54,040 nucleotides of DNA from a virus (taxonomy: Duplodnaviria; Caudoviricetes), in the IMG/VR virus record IMGVR_UViG_3300032263_000001, positions 1 to 54,040 of that record; one strand, 5' to 3'. The notes under the pieces were generated by a model, which saw nothing but the letters and a program-made list of their open reading frames with translations, was not told the DNA's origin and did no database searches. The position numbers and the translations under genes were made by a program. This document shows positions 1 to 10,156 of the stretch, piece after piece (position 1 is the stretch's first letter; every line of letters begins with the position of its first letter).

Positions 1-127
1 TGCTCTAAATAGGTCGATGACTGGTTGGAATATCTTCTCTTTAACCCAATTAAACAAGCCTCGAATTATTCCATCTTCCCCAAATAGAGGTTCGAAAATA
101 TTCTCATCAATCCATCTAAAGGCCGCC
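1..127. repeat. 127-bp exact terminal overlap with 53914..54040 (circular contig)
   Basis: Direct comparison of both ends; the overlap lies inside an open CDS. Confidence 0.95.
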
Positions 128-3100
128 GACATCGCTTCGGTAACCTTGCCGAATACCTCTTTAACCCCCGCTCCAAATCCCGGAAAGAACCCGTCAAGTA
201 TTGCAGGAATCAACTCAATAACTCCTTGAACTAAAGCAAGAGCTATTTCAGGAGTTGCCTTTATGAGTTCCGAGGTTATGATAGGAATGGCTTCGATAAC
301 AGCTTGGATGATTGCTGGAAGATTGTCGATGATTGCATCAATTATTTGAGGAGTTGCTTCGACTATCGCATCAATGATTGCGGGTAACCTATCTACGAAA
401 GTGGAGATGATAGCTGGAACTTGTTCTAGAAAAGCTGCGACTATTTCAGGTATAGCAAGGATAAGTTCGGGAACAATTTGAAGGAACCCATCTAGGATGA
501 CAGGTATCTGAGATGCGATTGCTCTAAAGAGTCCAGGAACTTCGGGAATGATTGCTTTGAAAGCGTCAACAAATCCTTGAGTCAAAACTGGTATGATTCG
601 AGGTATTTCACTTGTGATAGTTTTGATAATTTTGGGGAGGTTCTTGGTTAGAGCTTTGAAGAGTTTGGGAAGGTTTTTGATGATTGTTTCTACCAACCTT
701 GGGGCTGATTCAGCGAACCTTTCTGCAACAACGTCAAGGTTTCTCACTGCGAGTTCGACTTGGGAGACAAAGCTTTGAGATATCTTATTGTCGAGTTCCG
801 CATACTGGTCATAGATTACACCAACGCTTTTTTCGTTCTCCTTTAGAAGTTCTTTTCTCGCTTTGATTTCTTCAGTAAGTTGTTTGTCTTGCGTTTCAAA
901 AGATTTCACCTTTTGGGAGAGCAGGAGTTCTTCTTTTTCTAGTGCTAGCTTTTGTTCAGCGATTCCTTTTCTAGCTGTCTCGTCTTTCTTGTCTATCTGT
1001 TTTCCTTCGATAGAGAGAATCTTCTTTCTTTCAGCGATGGAGTCTTTGAGTCCTGTGATTTCTTCGCTGGCTACTTTTTTCCTTTCTTCAAGAGAGGCAA
1101 GCTCCGAAGAAATCTTTTCGTTTTCTTTTGAAAGAACCTCTTCCCTAGCGTCAAGCTGTTTTTGATATGCTTTCTCTTCATCAGCGTTGATGCTGTTTAA
1201 AGCATCCCCGAAGTTCAAGAGGGACTCATTTAGACTTGTGGGAAGATTGGTAACTGCGTTGACTGCTTCAGTTGCAGCATCGATGAGGGAGCCTCCCGCA
1301 ATCTTCATCCCTTCTTGGAAAAAGACTATGGAGTTTTGAACCGCTTCATTAAGTATCTCCGCTCCTTTGGCGAATGCTTGAGTTACTGCCTGCAATAACC
1401 CGCTACCTATTTCACCCAACTCGATATCCGGTAAAACTCCTGCCAGTCCTTCGGCAATACCTCCTACCAAATCTTTCCCTAGGTTGAGCCCAAACTCTCC
1501 AAGTTTAAATATGCCTTGAAGTTGTTGAGGTACTAAGGAAAGAGTTGATTCAAAAATACCTGCAAAACTATCTCTTATCGATTCAAGATTTTGTTTGGTT
1601 TTCGAGAGGTTCGCTTCGATAGCATCCTGGATTCTATTCTCTTCCTCTATTTCCTTTTGAACTCTCTCCTTAACAACTCTTATCTTTTCTTCATTAGCTT
1701 TCTTAACAGCGTCAAGTCTAATTTCTTCATCAATAGCGGCTTCATCTCTAGCAAATTGAGCTAATTCGTCTAGGGCTTTTACTTGTGCAGCGAAAGCATC
1801 CTTGACAGCCTTTTGCCTTGCCGCATCCTCCTGTTGAATCGCTTTGATTCTTGCATCGGCCGCAAGCTTGGCAAGCCTTAACTCTGCCTCTTCAGCTTTT
1901 CCTATTGACTTGAGTCTTGCGGCTTCGGCAACTGCGATAGCAACTTTTTGCCTTCCCTCTATTTGGGCAATCCCGTTTAGTTCGGTATCAGTATCGATTA
2001 GCCGATAGGCACCCGTAAGATTCTCTCCAACTGCAAGGCTATCCTTCAAAGTACCTTGGAGTTTCTTCAAACTCTCTTGATACTTCTTAGCTTCCTCCGA
2101 AGCTTTTGAAAGTTTCTGACTGGTTTCGACAGTTGTTTTGTTGGCCTCTTTTTCAGACTTGTTTAAGTCTTTAATGGCTTTCTCAGCGTCAATAGTTTCC
2201 TTTCGCATGGCTTCGGTAGATTGTTTGACGCTGTTTTGAGATTCGAATAGAAACTTTTGCTCATCAGATGTTTTACCAACCGACTTAATCAGGTTTTGAT
2301 AGGAGTCCTTGAGAGACTTATTTCTTGCCTCGGACTCTTTTGTCACTCCTACGTTTTTCAGAGTTTCAGCCGAATCTTCTTTGACGGCTTTGACTTTTTC
2401 ATGAAGAGCATCTTTAAAGCCTATGATAGTATCTTTAGCTTTCAGGATTGCCTTTTCTAGGTCTTTATCGAAAACACCGGCAACCGCAGCAATACCGTTC
2501 GTTAGGCTCTCAAAAGCCGGAAGTATTGCACTGGCAATAGTTAGAGCTATATCGAGGATAGTCGCATTGTAAAGCTTGATTGATGCAACCCCTAGGTTGA
2601 AAACTTGCTCAAGTCCAGAGAAAGCATCAATGAGGAAGTTCACTGCGGGAGCCAAGACGGTTAGCAAATCTTTAGCTACATCCAAGGCAAAGGCTGAGAC
2701 TATTTCAAAATTGTTATAGGTATAGATTGTCGCTGCTGCTAAGGCTCCTAAGGCTGCTGCTGCCAAACCTATTGGGCCAAGAGCTGCGGTTAGAGCGACT
2801 TTCACTTTTATCAAAGCTGCAACCAATCCCCCCGAAGCTAAAGCTGCTGCTGCTTTTATTGCGATAAGGCCTTGGTAGGCTCCTACAGCTATCCCAATAC
2901 CTGCAACCACGGCAGCGATAGCATCCGCATTTTCTGAGAGAGCCGAAACCAAATCTTTTACCGTTCCTGCAAACTCCACTAAAGTGAGCCCTGCGGTGGT
3001 TGCAAAGGAAACGATTTGTTCTTTATTCTCTTGGAATAATCGGGTAAGTTCCTCACCTACAGTGATAGCAATTTCTAGGAGTCCGTTGAAAGCAGGTTTT

Positions 3101-4158
3101 AGGGAGTCCCCTATTTCAGCTCCCAACGCTGCGAAAACTCCCCCAAGTCTCCCTATTTTGAATTCAGTTGTTTCCGCAATTTTGTTAAACGCCTCTTCGG
3201 TAACCGCTCCAGCGTCAAGAGCTGCGGTCCTCATTGCTTCCAGAGTTGAATTGAACTTCTTTCCGATAACGTCGGAAGTTGTTGCAACAACAAAAGAGCC
3301 CGCCTCTACTGAACCAAAAAGGGCTCCAATAGCGGAGGCACTTCCATCAGTAGTTCCCTTAATCTTTTGGAGGGTTCCTATGAGTCCATCAGTTTTTAGG
3401 GAAGCTTCGACCGAAGAGATCCCCGCTTTCCGTAACGCTTTTTCTAGGTCAGCCGTGGGTTTTGAAAGGTTGGCGAAAACTGCCTTTAGTTGATTCATCG
3501 CTACCGAAGTTTTCACCCCTGCGGTGGTTACCGCTGAAACGGATGAAAGAACCTCTTGAAACCCAACCCCCAATTGGGCGGCATTCGGTGCAACGTCGCC
3601 GATGGAACTGGCGAGCTCTCCAATTGTGGTTTTACCTGCCTTCATTGCTATGAAAAGGCTATCTGAAATAGTGGTTGCGGATTCAACTCCCAACCCATAA
3701 GCATTCATGATATTGGTAAGTCCGTCAACGGAAGTCGCCACATCGGTAACTCCACCAACTGCCAACTTGTTCGCTGCTGTCAACAAATCTTGAGCATTCG
3801 AAGCACCTACAGCACCCGACGAAATGGCTTGATAGTATGCTTTCGAAGTTTCAACGGCATCCGCTCCAAACTGCCTTTGAAAATTTAAAACTTCCTCGGT
3901 GAGTTGTGCTTGACTTTCAGCGGTTGAATCATAAAGAGTCGAAACCTCAGCTAGAGCACTCTCAAGCTCAACCGAAGCTCCAATGGTTCCCGAGTAAGCA
4001 CTCCCTAGCAAGTCCAATGCTCGGGAGGCCAATTCAACCGCTGCCAAAAGTCCAGTCATGCTAGTAGATAACCCAATCGTGGAATCATTCAAAGCATCAG
4101 CATTCGCTTGAGCTTGACGGGTTATCAGGTTGATATCTATATCCAATGATTGAGCCAT
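1..4158 (-). CDS. Tail tape measure protein, N-terminal 1386 codons; continues across the circular join to 53913..53140 (about 1643 aa in total)
   Basis: Missing from the ORF track because it runs off the edge. ATG at 4158 after GAGGAG. Reads MAQSLDIDINL...ELESALAEVSTL...AYYQAISSG...KAGKTTIGELASSIGDVAP, a TP901-type tape-measure core. Frame matches ORF 53140..53970. Confidence 0.93.
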   Translation of the reverse strand, partial: MAQSLDIDINLITRQAQANADALNDSTIGLSTSMTGLLAAVELASRALDLLGSAYSGTIGASVELESALAEVSTLYDSTAESQAQLTEEVLNFQRQFGADAVETSKAYYQAISSGAVGASNAQDLLTAANKLAVGGVTDVATSVDGLTNIMNAYGLGVESATTISDSLFIAMKAGKTTIGELASSIGDVAPNAAQLGVGFQEVLSSVSAVTTAGVKTSVAMNQLKAVFANLSKPTADLEKALRKAGISSVEASLKTDGLIGTLQKIKGTTDGSASAIGALFGSVEAGSFVVATTSDVIGKKFNSTLEAMRTAALDAGAVTEEAFNKIAETTEFKIGRLGGVFAALGAEIGDSLKPAFNGLLEIAITVGEELTRLFQENKEQIVSFATTAGLTLVEFAGTVKDLVSALSENADAIAAVVAGIGIAVGAYQGLIAIKAAAALASGGLVAALIKVKVALTAALGPIGLAAAALGALAAATIYTYNNFEIVSAFALDVAKDLLTVLAPAVNFLIDAFSGLEQVFNLGVASIKLYNATILDIALTIASAILPAFESLTNGIAAVAGVFDKDLEKAILKAKDTIIGFKDALHEKVKAVKEDSAETLKNVGVTKESEARNKSLKDSYQNLIKSVGKTSDEQKFLFESQNSVKQSTEAMRKETIDAEKAIKDLNKSEKEANKTTVETSQKLSKASEEAKKYQESLKKLQGTLKDSLAVGENLTGAYRLIDTDTELNGIAQIEGRQKVAIAVAEAARLKSIGKAEEAELRLAKLAADARIKAIQQEDAARQKAVKDAFAAQVKALDELAQFARDEAAIDEEIRLDAVKKANEEKIRVVKERVQKEIEEENRIQDAIEANLSKTKQNLESIRDSFAGIFESTLSLVPQQLQGIFKLGEFGLNLGKDLVGGIAEGLAGVLPDIELGEIGSGLLQAVTQAFAKGAEILNEAVQNSIVFFQEGMKIAGGSLIDAATEAVNAVTNLPTSLNESLLNFGDALNSINADEEKAYQKQLDAREEVLSKENEKISSELASLEERKKVASEEITGLKDSIAERKKILSIEGKQIDKKDETARKGIAEQKLALEKEELLLSQKVKSFETQDKQLTEEIKARKELLKENEKSVGVIYDQYAELDNKISQSFVSQVELAVRNLDVVAERFAESAPRLVETIIKNLPKLFKALTKNLPKIIKTITSEIPRIIPVLTQGFVDAFKAIIPEVPGLFRAIASQIPVILDGFLQIVPELILAIPEIVAAFLEQVPAIISTFVDRLPAIIDAIVEATPQIIDAIIDNLPAIIQAVIEAIPIITSELIKATPEIALALVQGVIELIPAILDGFFPGFGAGVKEVFGKVTEAMSAAFRWIDENIFEPLFGEDGIIRGLFNWVKEKIFQPVIDLFRA

Positions 4159-4214
4159 CTTAATTTCTCCTCAATAACTCTTTGCTTTCCCTTACAGTCT
4201 AAAGGAATTGAAGC

Positions 4215-4661
4215 TTATTTTCTATTCCTAGCTTTCCTTGCTTGTTTCTCTTCCTCTTTTCTTTTGTACTCATCAACAAAACCGTCTATCATTTCAATGT
4301 GTTTCATCAAAACGGCTGGCTGTTCAAGATATCCTCCTTTAAAAGGGAGAATCCCTCTCTTTAAGTTTTTCCAAATTCTCATGTAGTCAAAAAACAAATA
4401 GTGTAAACGTTGACACTCACAAGTGTAATATTCGAATATTTCACTTTCTCCCAAAGGTTTATCATGAATTACTCTGCATCTATTTCTTATCTTTTCTAGT
4501 TCTCTATGGTTATCTTTGGAGTATCTTTTCTCAAGTTTCTTTAGTTTTTCTTCACAAGTTTCTTGTTTAACAATGTAATAGTAGAAAGTTGGTTCCAACG
4601 TAGCAACGGTATAGAGGTCACCCCTAAGAAGCCACATAGCGATTTCAAATAGAGCAAGCAT
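4215..4661 (-). CDS. Tail assembly chaperone, frameshift-extension part (gpT-like)
   Basis: Lies between the chaperone and tape-measure genes; its frame is open upstream to the A8 slippery site at 4732-4739. Confidence 0.7.
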   Translation of the reverse strand: MLALFEIAMWLLRGDLYTVATLEPTFYYYIVKQETCEEKLKKLEKRYSKDNHRELEKIRNRCRVIHDKPLGESEIFEYYTCECQRLHYLFFDYMRIWKNLKRGILPFKGGYLEQPAVLMKHIEMIDGFVDEYKRKEEEKQARKARNRK

Positions 4662-4717
4662 TAAAGGTGAGTCAAATTCAGGGCAATGGGTAGGAGTTTC
4701 AAGGCTGGTTTGTTGTG

Positions 4718-5140
4718 CTATCCGCAGACAATTTTTTTTACTATGACTCCTGGAATAGGTTCCCCAGTCGAAGGGTTTTTAACTGGCTCTCCTACCACTG
4801 GAACACTTTGAAATACCCCGCCTATTGTTAAACACATAGGGATAATGTTTGCTGGAACTAAGAGAGCATTTATACTTTTGTCCGTAATTTCCCCATTAAC
4901 AAATTCGAGCTTAAACTCACTTCCATCGATTCTTTTTAGCCCTTTTACATCACAAAGTATACTTTTTAACAAGTCTTTAACGATACCGAGCACTTTTACA
5001 GTGTCTTCTTTTGCTTCGCCTAGCCGAGCCTCGTAACTAGCTGCTATTGTTACATTTGGTGGTTTAAAAGTATATTCAATGCCATTAATATCAACGGTTA
5101 CACGGTCTTCCTGAGACAAAATTAAGTTGTTCATTTCCAT
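4718..5140 (-). CDS. Tail assembly chaperone (gpG-like)
   Basis: Directly after the tail tube gene; ends GTA AAA AAA ATT GTC TGC GGA TAG. Confidence 0.75.
   Translation of the reverse strand: MEMNNLILSQEDRVTVDINGIEYTFKPPNVTIAASYEARLGEAKEDTVKVLGIVKDLLKSILCDVKGLKRIDGSEFKLEFVNGEITDKSINALLVPANIIPMCLTIGGVFQSVPVVGEPVKNPSTGEPIPGVIVKKIVCG
4732..4739 (-). other. -1 ribosomal frameshift slippery site (A AAA AAA)
   Basis: The -1 frame gives 24 stop-free codons that reach the ATG at 4661 in frame. Confidence 0.8.
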
Positions 5141-5222
5141 CCTCCAATCAAAATTAAGAACCTCCCTGCTATTTTAGCAGGAAGGTGAATCACAAACAAG
5201 GTTCTGTTTGTGGAGGATTCGT

Positions 5223-6410
5223 TTAACTAAACGAAATATAGATATCACTGGGGTAAGTGCCTGAGGAATCTTCTCCCGATTGGAACTCGAGAGAATATTG
5301 CATAACCCCGTCAGCATCTTGCTCGGGAAGAGCAGTAATAATGGATTTCGGAATGAAGATTCCAAAAGCCTCTTTCTTCTCTCCTGTCGTACCTGTAGGG
5401 TTCCAAGCTCTAAGGAAAATGGGAAACTCGGTATTTCCATCAAACTTATCGAAAAGGTCAACCGAAGTTGTATCCAAATAAGGTGTCATGCTTCCCGATA
5501 CGGCTCTCTCAGTAGCACGTTGAGCGATAACCCCATTAGCGTTACACGTTGCAGTAACTCGACCATTCGTGTTGTCGATAGTTAGAGACAAACTATTTAC
5601 TGGTAGTTGAGCTCCATCAACATAAACACAAGCCTCCAATATTACAGGAGGTTCAGCGTTAGAGAAGGAAGGTGTCAGCCCACTAGAGGCTAGAGTTTGA
5701 GTGAAAGTCAAACCAGTAAGAGAGAAGTTGAAAGAAGCAAGCTGGCCCGTTTCGAAAGTATCCAAACTCATCGAGGACACTTTACATCCAGCTGATTGTT
5801 TCTTGATTGCATCTTCCCAATAGGAAGTGAAAGTCAAGCTAGAGTGTCCTGTGTTGGCACCGTAATAAGTTGTCACCTTCTCAATAACAACACTTGCCGA
5901 AAAGGCTGAACCTCCCGCAATAAGAAGAGTAATGTTTGCCGCTCCGACGGTATCATCAACTGCCGTAACTGGGGAAGTATGATAAGCTCCTGCCTCCAAA
6001 ATCAAGACGATATCACCTACCTCAAAGTCGGCAATATCTGCATCCTCAATTTGAAGCTCAGAAGCGGTATTTCCCGTTGCTTTTGTGGTGACTTGAGATG
6101 TAATTTGTCTCTTTCCTCCCAAGAGACTTTTCATCAACAAATCATAATCGGGAGCCTCACCGGCTGTACCATTCGCTGCTGCCTCTACTGCTGCGGTACA
6201 GGAACTTGTTTTAATACCAGTCCGAGGAATTTGCCTAGCGATACCGCTTCTCAAAAGGGAACGTTCAACCGTTTCCTTGTCGGGGTTCATTTCGAACCCA
6301 TCCGCTAAAATTCCTACTGCCTGACTCCCTAGAGTTGGGTCAACTGCTGTCCCTTCAGTTACTTCCTCAGTAACATACAAAACTGCTGATTTCCGTGAAA
6401 CGTAAGCCAT
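5223..6410 (-). CDS. Major tail (tube) protein
   Basis: 395 aa, Thr/Ser/Gly-rich; N-terminal 'EEVTEGTAVDP' and C-terminal 'EQDADGVMQYSLEF' resemble tail-tube patterns; synteny. Confidence 0.75.
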   Translation of the reverse strand: MAYVSRKSAVLYVTEEVTEGTAVDPTLGSQAVGILADGFEMNPDKETVERSLLRSGIARQIPRTGIKTSSCTAAVEAAANGTAGEAPDYDLLMKSLLGGKRQITSQVTTKATGNTASELQIEDADIADFEVGDIVLILEAGAYHTSPVTAVDDTVGAANITLLIAGGSAFSASVVIEKVTTYYGANTGHSSLTFTSYWEDAIKKQSAGCKVSSMSLDTFETGQLASFNFSLTGLTFTQTLASSGLTPSFSNAEPPVILEACVYVDGAQLPVNSLSLTIDNTNGRVTATCNANGVIAQRATERAVSGSMTPYLDTTSVDLFDKFDGNTEFPIFLRAWNPTGTTGEKKEAFGIFIPKSIITALPEQDADGVMQYSLEFQSGEDSSGTYPSDIYISFS

Positions 6411-6414
6411 ATTA

Positions 6415-6723
6415 TCACCTCTTTTTCTTAAAATTTAAAACTTTACTGTCTTTACCTTCCAAAACTTTCGAATCTTCTTTAAACTCGAAAAGTCTATAGG
6501 AAACAACCTCTTCACACAAAACTCCCGCTCTAACATCTTCCACATCTTCCTCTTCAGGTATGAAAGGCTCTCTAGAGTTACTGTTCAAAGGAAAGAATCT
6601 TTTCTCTCCCAGAGTTTGAGTAATTTCGGATTCAACCTCTTCAATAGTATCCCCTTCAAAAAAAGAGGAATAAGCTATCGAATGCTCATAATCAACAAAA
6701 AGATTAACCATAAATAGTTTCAT
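6415..6723 (-). CDS. Hypothetical acidic protein within the tail module
   Basis: AGGAG RBS before ATG 6723; fills the gap between genes. Confidence 0.55.
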   Translation of the reverse strand: MKLFMVNLFVDYEHSIAYSSFFEGDTIEEVESEITQTLGEKRFFPLNSNSREPFIPEEEDVEDVRAGVLCEEVVSYRLFEFKEDSKVLEGKDSKVLNFKKKR

Positions 6724-6731
6724 ACTCACTC

Positions 6732-7181
6732 CTAAAACCACCTGATTCGATACTGAACAATGAAAGAAGCTTGAACCACAATAACTTTGTGATCTTCAAT
6801 CAAAACAGCGTTCTCGATAGTGAACGGTTGGACGTTGGTCACATAGACCGGTGCTCCCGCTTTTTCCACCATGAAATCGGTTTCAATTTCTTCCATCTTC
6901 CCGGATAGAGTTATAACCTTTTCTCTTATTTCATCGTCGGTAATGCTTGCAGAGATATAGCTTTCGCAAAGAAGGAGTTCGAACCCTTGTCCTCTTGTGA
7001 CTGCTTTGGTCTCTCCTGCTAGAGGGGTTGCCCCAACCGGTATTGAGCCATATCTCAAGGAAGCACCGTCAAAGCGGTTCTTTTCTATCCTGTACACGTG
7101 AGTCAATTTCTCGTATTCAGGTTCTAAGAGTGTTGCAAGTCTTGAATCAATACCGGTTTGAATGCCTTCAATGATACTCAT
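6732..7181 (-). CDS. Probable tail terminator / neck protein
   Basis: 149 aa, between the adaptor and tail tube genes; ATGA coupling. Confidence 0.5.
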   Translation of the reverse strand: MSIIEGIQTGIDSRLATLLEPEYEKLTHVYRIEKNRFDGASLRYGSIPVGATPLAGETKAVTRGQGFELLLCESYISASITDDEIREKVITLSGKMEEIETDFMVEKAGAPVYVTNVQPFTIENAVLIEDHKVIVVQASFIVQYRIRWF

Positions 7182-8002
7182 CGATAAAGCCTCCCTACCC
7201 CTACCTCTTGCATCCCTTTCGATTTGTCTCCCTCTCCCGAAGCATCAAAAGAAAGATAAGCTAGAGATATTTGCTTTTCATACTCTCTCAAATAGAAAGC
7301 TGCTTTGACTGCCCAATTGTCTTCAGGATTGTCTGAAACTCCTAGGAGAATCTTGTGGAGAGCAAGATATCTCGCAGCTAGGCGAACTTCTTGGATGTCG
7401 AGGATATCAATTGCGGTTACCCTTACCCACTTCTCCCAATTCCTAGATAGCTTTCTCAACCCCCTATTTCTAAAGGTTTGAACAATATAGTCTCTAACTG
7501 AGGTGTGAATATGTGTGTAATCGGGTTCTCCTAATTTGAAATCGCTTCTAGAGACAGGTGGGTACTCTTTTTGAAGCTCATCATCGTCACAAAACAAAGC
7601 ATTTATGGCTACAATACTCATAGCCGTTGTCGCTCCAGTGACTGAAATTCTTAACCAGTATCTCTCTATTCCTTCGTGTTCAGACTCTTCAAATTCATCC
7701 TCTTCGACACTCCATTGAACAAATCCCGAGCGACTGAAACCTAGGGTATCATCGTTTCTCGATTCGGAACCTATGGCGTTCCAAGAGGAACCGTCATACA
7801 CTTCCAAAACAATATCACTAGGATTTGTGTTGAAAGCAGTAGCATAAAAATAAAAAGAGTAGAACCTCGCTTGATATCCAAGATAGAGGTAATCCCCGAT
7901 GTAAAGAGTAATTGTTTCACTATCTCGACTAAAGTCACTGAGTTTTTGTGTGTAGTCCATAGTGCCTTTGAAAATGTTGAATCGGCTTAAGATATCTTTC
8001 AT
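7178..8002 (-). CDS. Probable head-tail adaptor with an N-terminal beta-rich domain
   Basis: Follows the capsid gene; helical adaptor-like C-terminus ending 'GVGRLYR'. Confidence 0.5.
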   Translation of the reverse strand: MKDILSRFNIFKGTMDYTQKLSDFSRDSETITLYIGDYLYLGYQARFYSFYFYATAFNTNPSDIVLEVYDGSSWNAIGSESRNDDTLGFSRSGFVQWSVEEDEFEESEHEGIERYWLRISVTGATTAMSIVAINALFCDDDELQKEYPPVSRSDFKLGEPDYTHIHTSVRDYIVQTFRNRGLRKLSRNWEKWVRVTAIDILDIQEVRLAARYLALHKILLGVSDNPEDNWAVKAAFYLREYEKQISLAYLSFDASGEGDKSKGMQEVGVGRLYR

Positions 8003-8078
8003 TGTCTCCCCATTCTAAAAATGGGTGAGAGAGCTTAAAGCCCAACCACCCACACAAAACTCAGTAGCTTGCTATTCC

Positions 8079-8927
8079 CTATGCGTTAGCAAGCTTGACT
8101 CCCCGGATTCCACTATCAAGAGTTTTCAACCCGTAGAAAGTTTGGAGAAGGAACTCATGTTTGTCACCCTTAAGGTTTCGATCTCTCTCCCAAGTTACCT
8201 GTTGTTGCCTAGCAAAAACAGCGTGAGAGCGGTGATAAGCAAGGGAAGTATTCTCAGTTACGTTTGTCGTTACCAGTACGGTAAACCCGAAAATACGGCC
8301 GATTTCCCCGTTCATAAGCACAGTATTTGAGCCGTACTTATCAGCATGGAGGAATTGATCAAGACCTAGCAAATCAGTTTCGTTATTGGGGTGGATTGCA
8401 AGAAACCGCTCCATAGGAGGAAGCTTTGCAATATTCAAAAGTCTCCGACACTCAAGGATATCCGATAGAGCAAGAACCGAAGCACTATCATATTCGATAG
8501 CGTGGTCAGGATTCGAAGTGGAGACGTTTGCCAAAGCTGTGTAAACATCTGCCTCAAGCTTTTGAACAAGAGCATCGGCCGCTCTCTGGAAGATGTAAGG
8601 TTCTTGAGTAATCACCGAATCGAGGTCGGCTTTAGTTTCCATTTCCACATAAACACCTTCTTGGTCGTCAAGAACAAGAGTGTCTTCAGTAATAGAGTAT
8701 TTTTGAGCTGTATAATCGGAACCACTCGACTTTGACTCGGCTTCAAGCCCGCCAACTTTGAGATACTTTACTTGAGTATCCCCTTTCTTTACTTCAGAAG
8801 ATCTATCCATAATAGTGGGAATCAACACAGCCGTTTCAGTCAAATAGGATTGTACCATTTGAGAGATTAGCGTGTTAGCTGCTTCCGAGGTAACCGTAGG
8901 GGTAATAACTCCAGGATCTAGTGCCAT
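8079..8927 (-). CDS. Major capsid protein
   Basis: 282 aa; 'L..AKLP..ERFLAIHP', 'GEIGRIFGFTV' and 'TFYGLKTL' resemble P22-coat/HK97-fold motifs; follows the scaffold gene. Confidence 0.88.
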   Translation of the reverse strand: MALDPGVITPTVTSEAANTLISQMVQSYLTETAVLIPTIMDRSSEVKKGDTQVKYLKVGGLEAESKSSGSDYTAQKYSITEDTLVLDDQEGVYVEMETKADLDSVITQEPYIFQRAADALVQKLEADVYTALANVSTSNPDHAIEYDSASVLALSDILECRRLLNIAKLPPMERFLAIHPNNETDLLGLDQFLHADKYGSNTVLMNGEIGRIFGFTVLVTTNVTENTSLAYHRSHAVFARQQQVTWERDRNLKGDKHEFLLQTFYGLKTLDSGIRGVKLANA

Positions 8928-8938
8928 TTTTGGCCTCC

Positions 8939-9559
8939 TTATTTAAAAACTTTGTTGTTCTTGGAATATTCAAACAACTCATTAAAGTTCATGCTTGAAA
9001 TATCCTTTTGGGGTGTATTTCTAGGAGCTGTTTGTGGGGGAGCTTCAGAGCCTTTAGGAACTTTCAAAAGTTCCGGGTACTCTCTTTTGAAACTTGCTGC
9101 ATAGTCCTTGAGGCTAGCCGTTTCAATAGTCCCATCAGTCATGAGAATTTTAGAAAGGTCCACAAGGTTTTGATATTTGTCTTGTTTGAGTCCTCCAATC
9201 TCTTTAAGGAAGGCACCCATCTTTTTAGACTCAAGAAAAGCTGCTTTTTCAGCTTCCTGCATATCCTTAACCTTTTTGAACTCCTTCTCTTTTTCCTCAT
9301 AGAGTTCTTTCCAGCGTTGTTGTTCTTTCAACTTCGCTTCAGCTTCCTTTTTGTTAGCCTCTTCCATTTCCCGCAACTTAGCATCAGCTTTTTTCTTCTC
9401 ATCCAAAAGCTCCCGATACTTTTTATAAGCAATCGTCTCTTCTTTTGGTTCGGAGTTTTCCCCTTCTTTAGGATTTGCGGGATTGTTTGCCTCTTCAGAA
9501 CCAATAACCTCAGATTTTGGCTCATTGCCCTCAGGGCTTGAAGGATTTTTTTCTGTCAT
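8939..9559 (-). CDS. Capsid scaffolding protein
   Basis: Acidic N-terminus, Lys/Glu coiled coil, 'YPELLK' near the C-terminus; directly upstream of the capsid gene. Confidence 0.75.
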   Translation of the reverse strand: MTEKNPSSPEGNEPKSEVIGSEEANNPANPKEGENSEPKEETIAYKKYRELLDEKKKADAKLREMEEANKKEAEAKLKEQQRWKELYEEKEKEFKKVKDMQEAEKAAFLESKKMGAFLKEIGGLKQDKYQNLVDLSKILMTDGTIETASLKDYAASFKREYPELLKVPKGSEAPPQTAPRNTPQKDISSMNFNELFEYSKNNKVFK

Positions 9560-9667
9560 GCTACTCTCCATCGAGCTAACGTTTAAACTACACCATGAGA
9601 ATAGCATACACCATTTCTTTTAAATTATGCAATAGTGTCTTATTTACGTAATAACTTAATTATTTAA

Positions 9668-10156
9668 TTACAAATTCCTGATTACGTTGTCTCTAGCTTC
9701 TTGAAGGATTCTAACCGCTTCTCTCACTTCGGTACGGGTAGCAAAAAAGAATTTTCTTTTTTCTCTATTGGGTGCTCCATCGTGGGCATATCCCGCTTTT
9801 CTATTCTCGTCTTCGGATTTGAAAAGGATGGTTACCCCTCCCCTTTCAGCTTCATATCCGATATCGTCAAGCATCTTCCCAGTGAAGGTAAGATTGGAGA
9901 GTCGGGGTCTCGTAGCACTGTGGAGCCTACCCTCGTTAGCTGCTTTTGTTCGGAGTAATATTGTAAGAGGTCTTAGAGTTGCAAGCCTTTTTCGAGTCCC
10001 ATTGTTTCTATCGGTGCCGTATCCCGAGCGTGTTCGATTCTTAATATTTTCGGCTAGGCTCCTCCCAACTTTCTCCATCAAACTCTTGTCACTTAACCTG
10101 TCAAGGATTCTCCAGGGAAGGTCAAACGCTCTTCGAAGGTCTCGTATGCTACTCAT
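9668..10156 (-). CDS. Virion morphogenesis / tail-completion-like protein (paralogue 2)
   Basis: Motifs 'IKNRTRSG', 'LTFTGKMLDDI', 'KAGYAHDG', 'KRKFF'. Confidence 0.6.
   Translation of the reverse strand: MSSIRDLRRAFDLPWRILDRLSDKSLMEKVGRSLAENIKNRTRSGYGTDRNNGTRKRLATLRPLTILLRTKAANEGRLHSATRPRLSNLTFTGKMLDDIGYEAERGGVTILFKSEDENRKAGYAHDGAPNREKRKFFFATRTEVREAVRILQEARDNVIRNL

Noticed and set aside
17-4386. Plus-strand ORFs over the first 4.4 kb and similar antisense ORFs elsewhere
   Set aside because: They are shadows of long minus-strand genes such as the tape measure and have no recognisable motifs.
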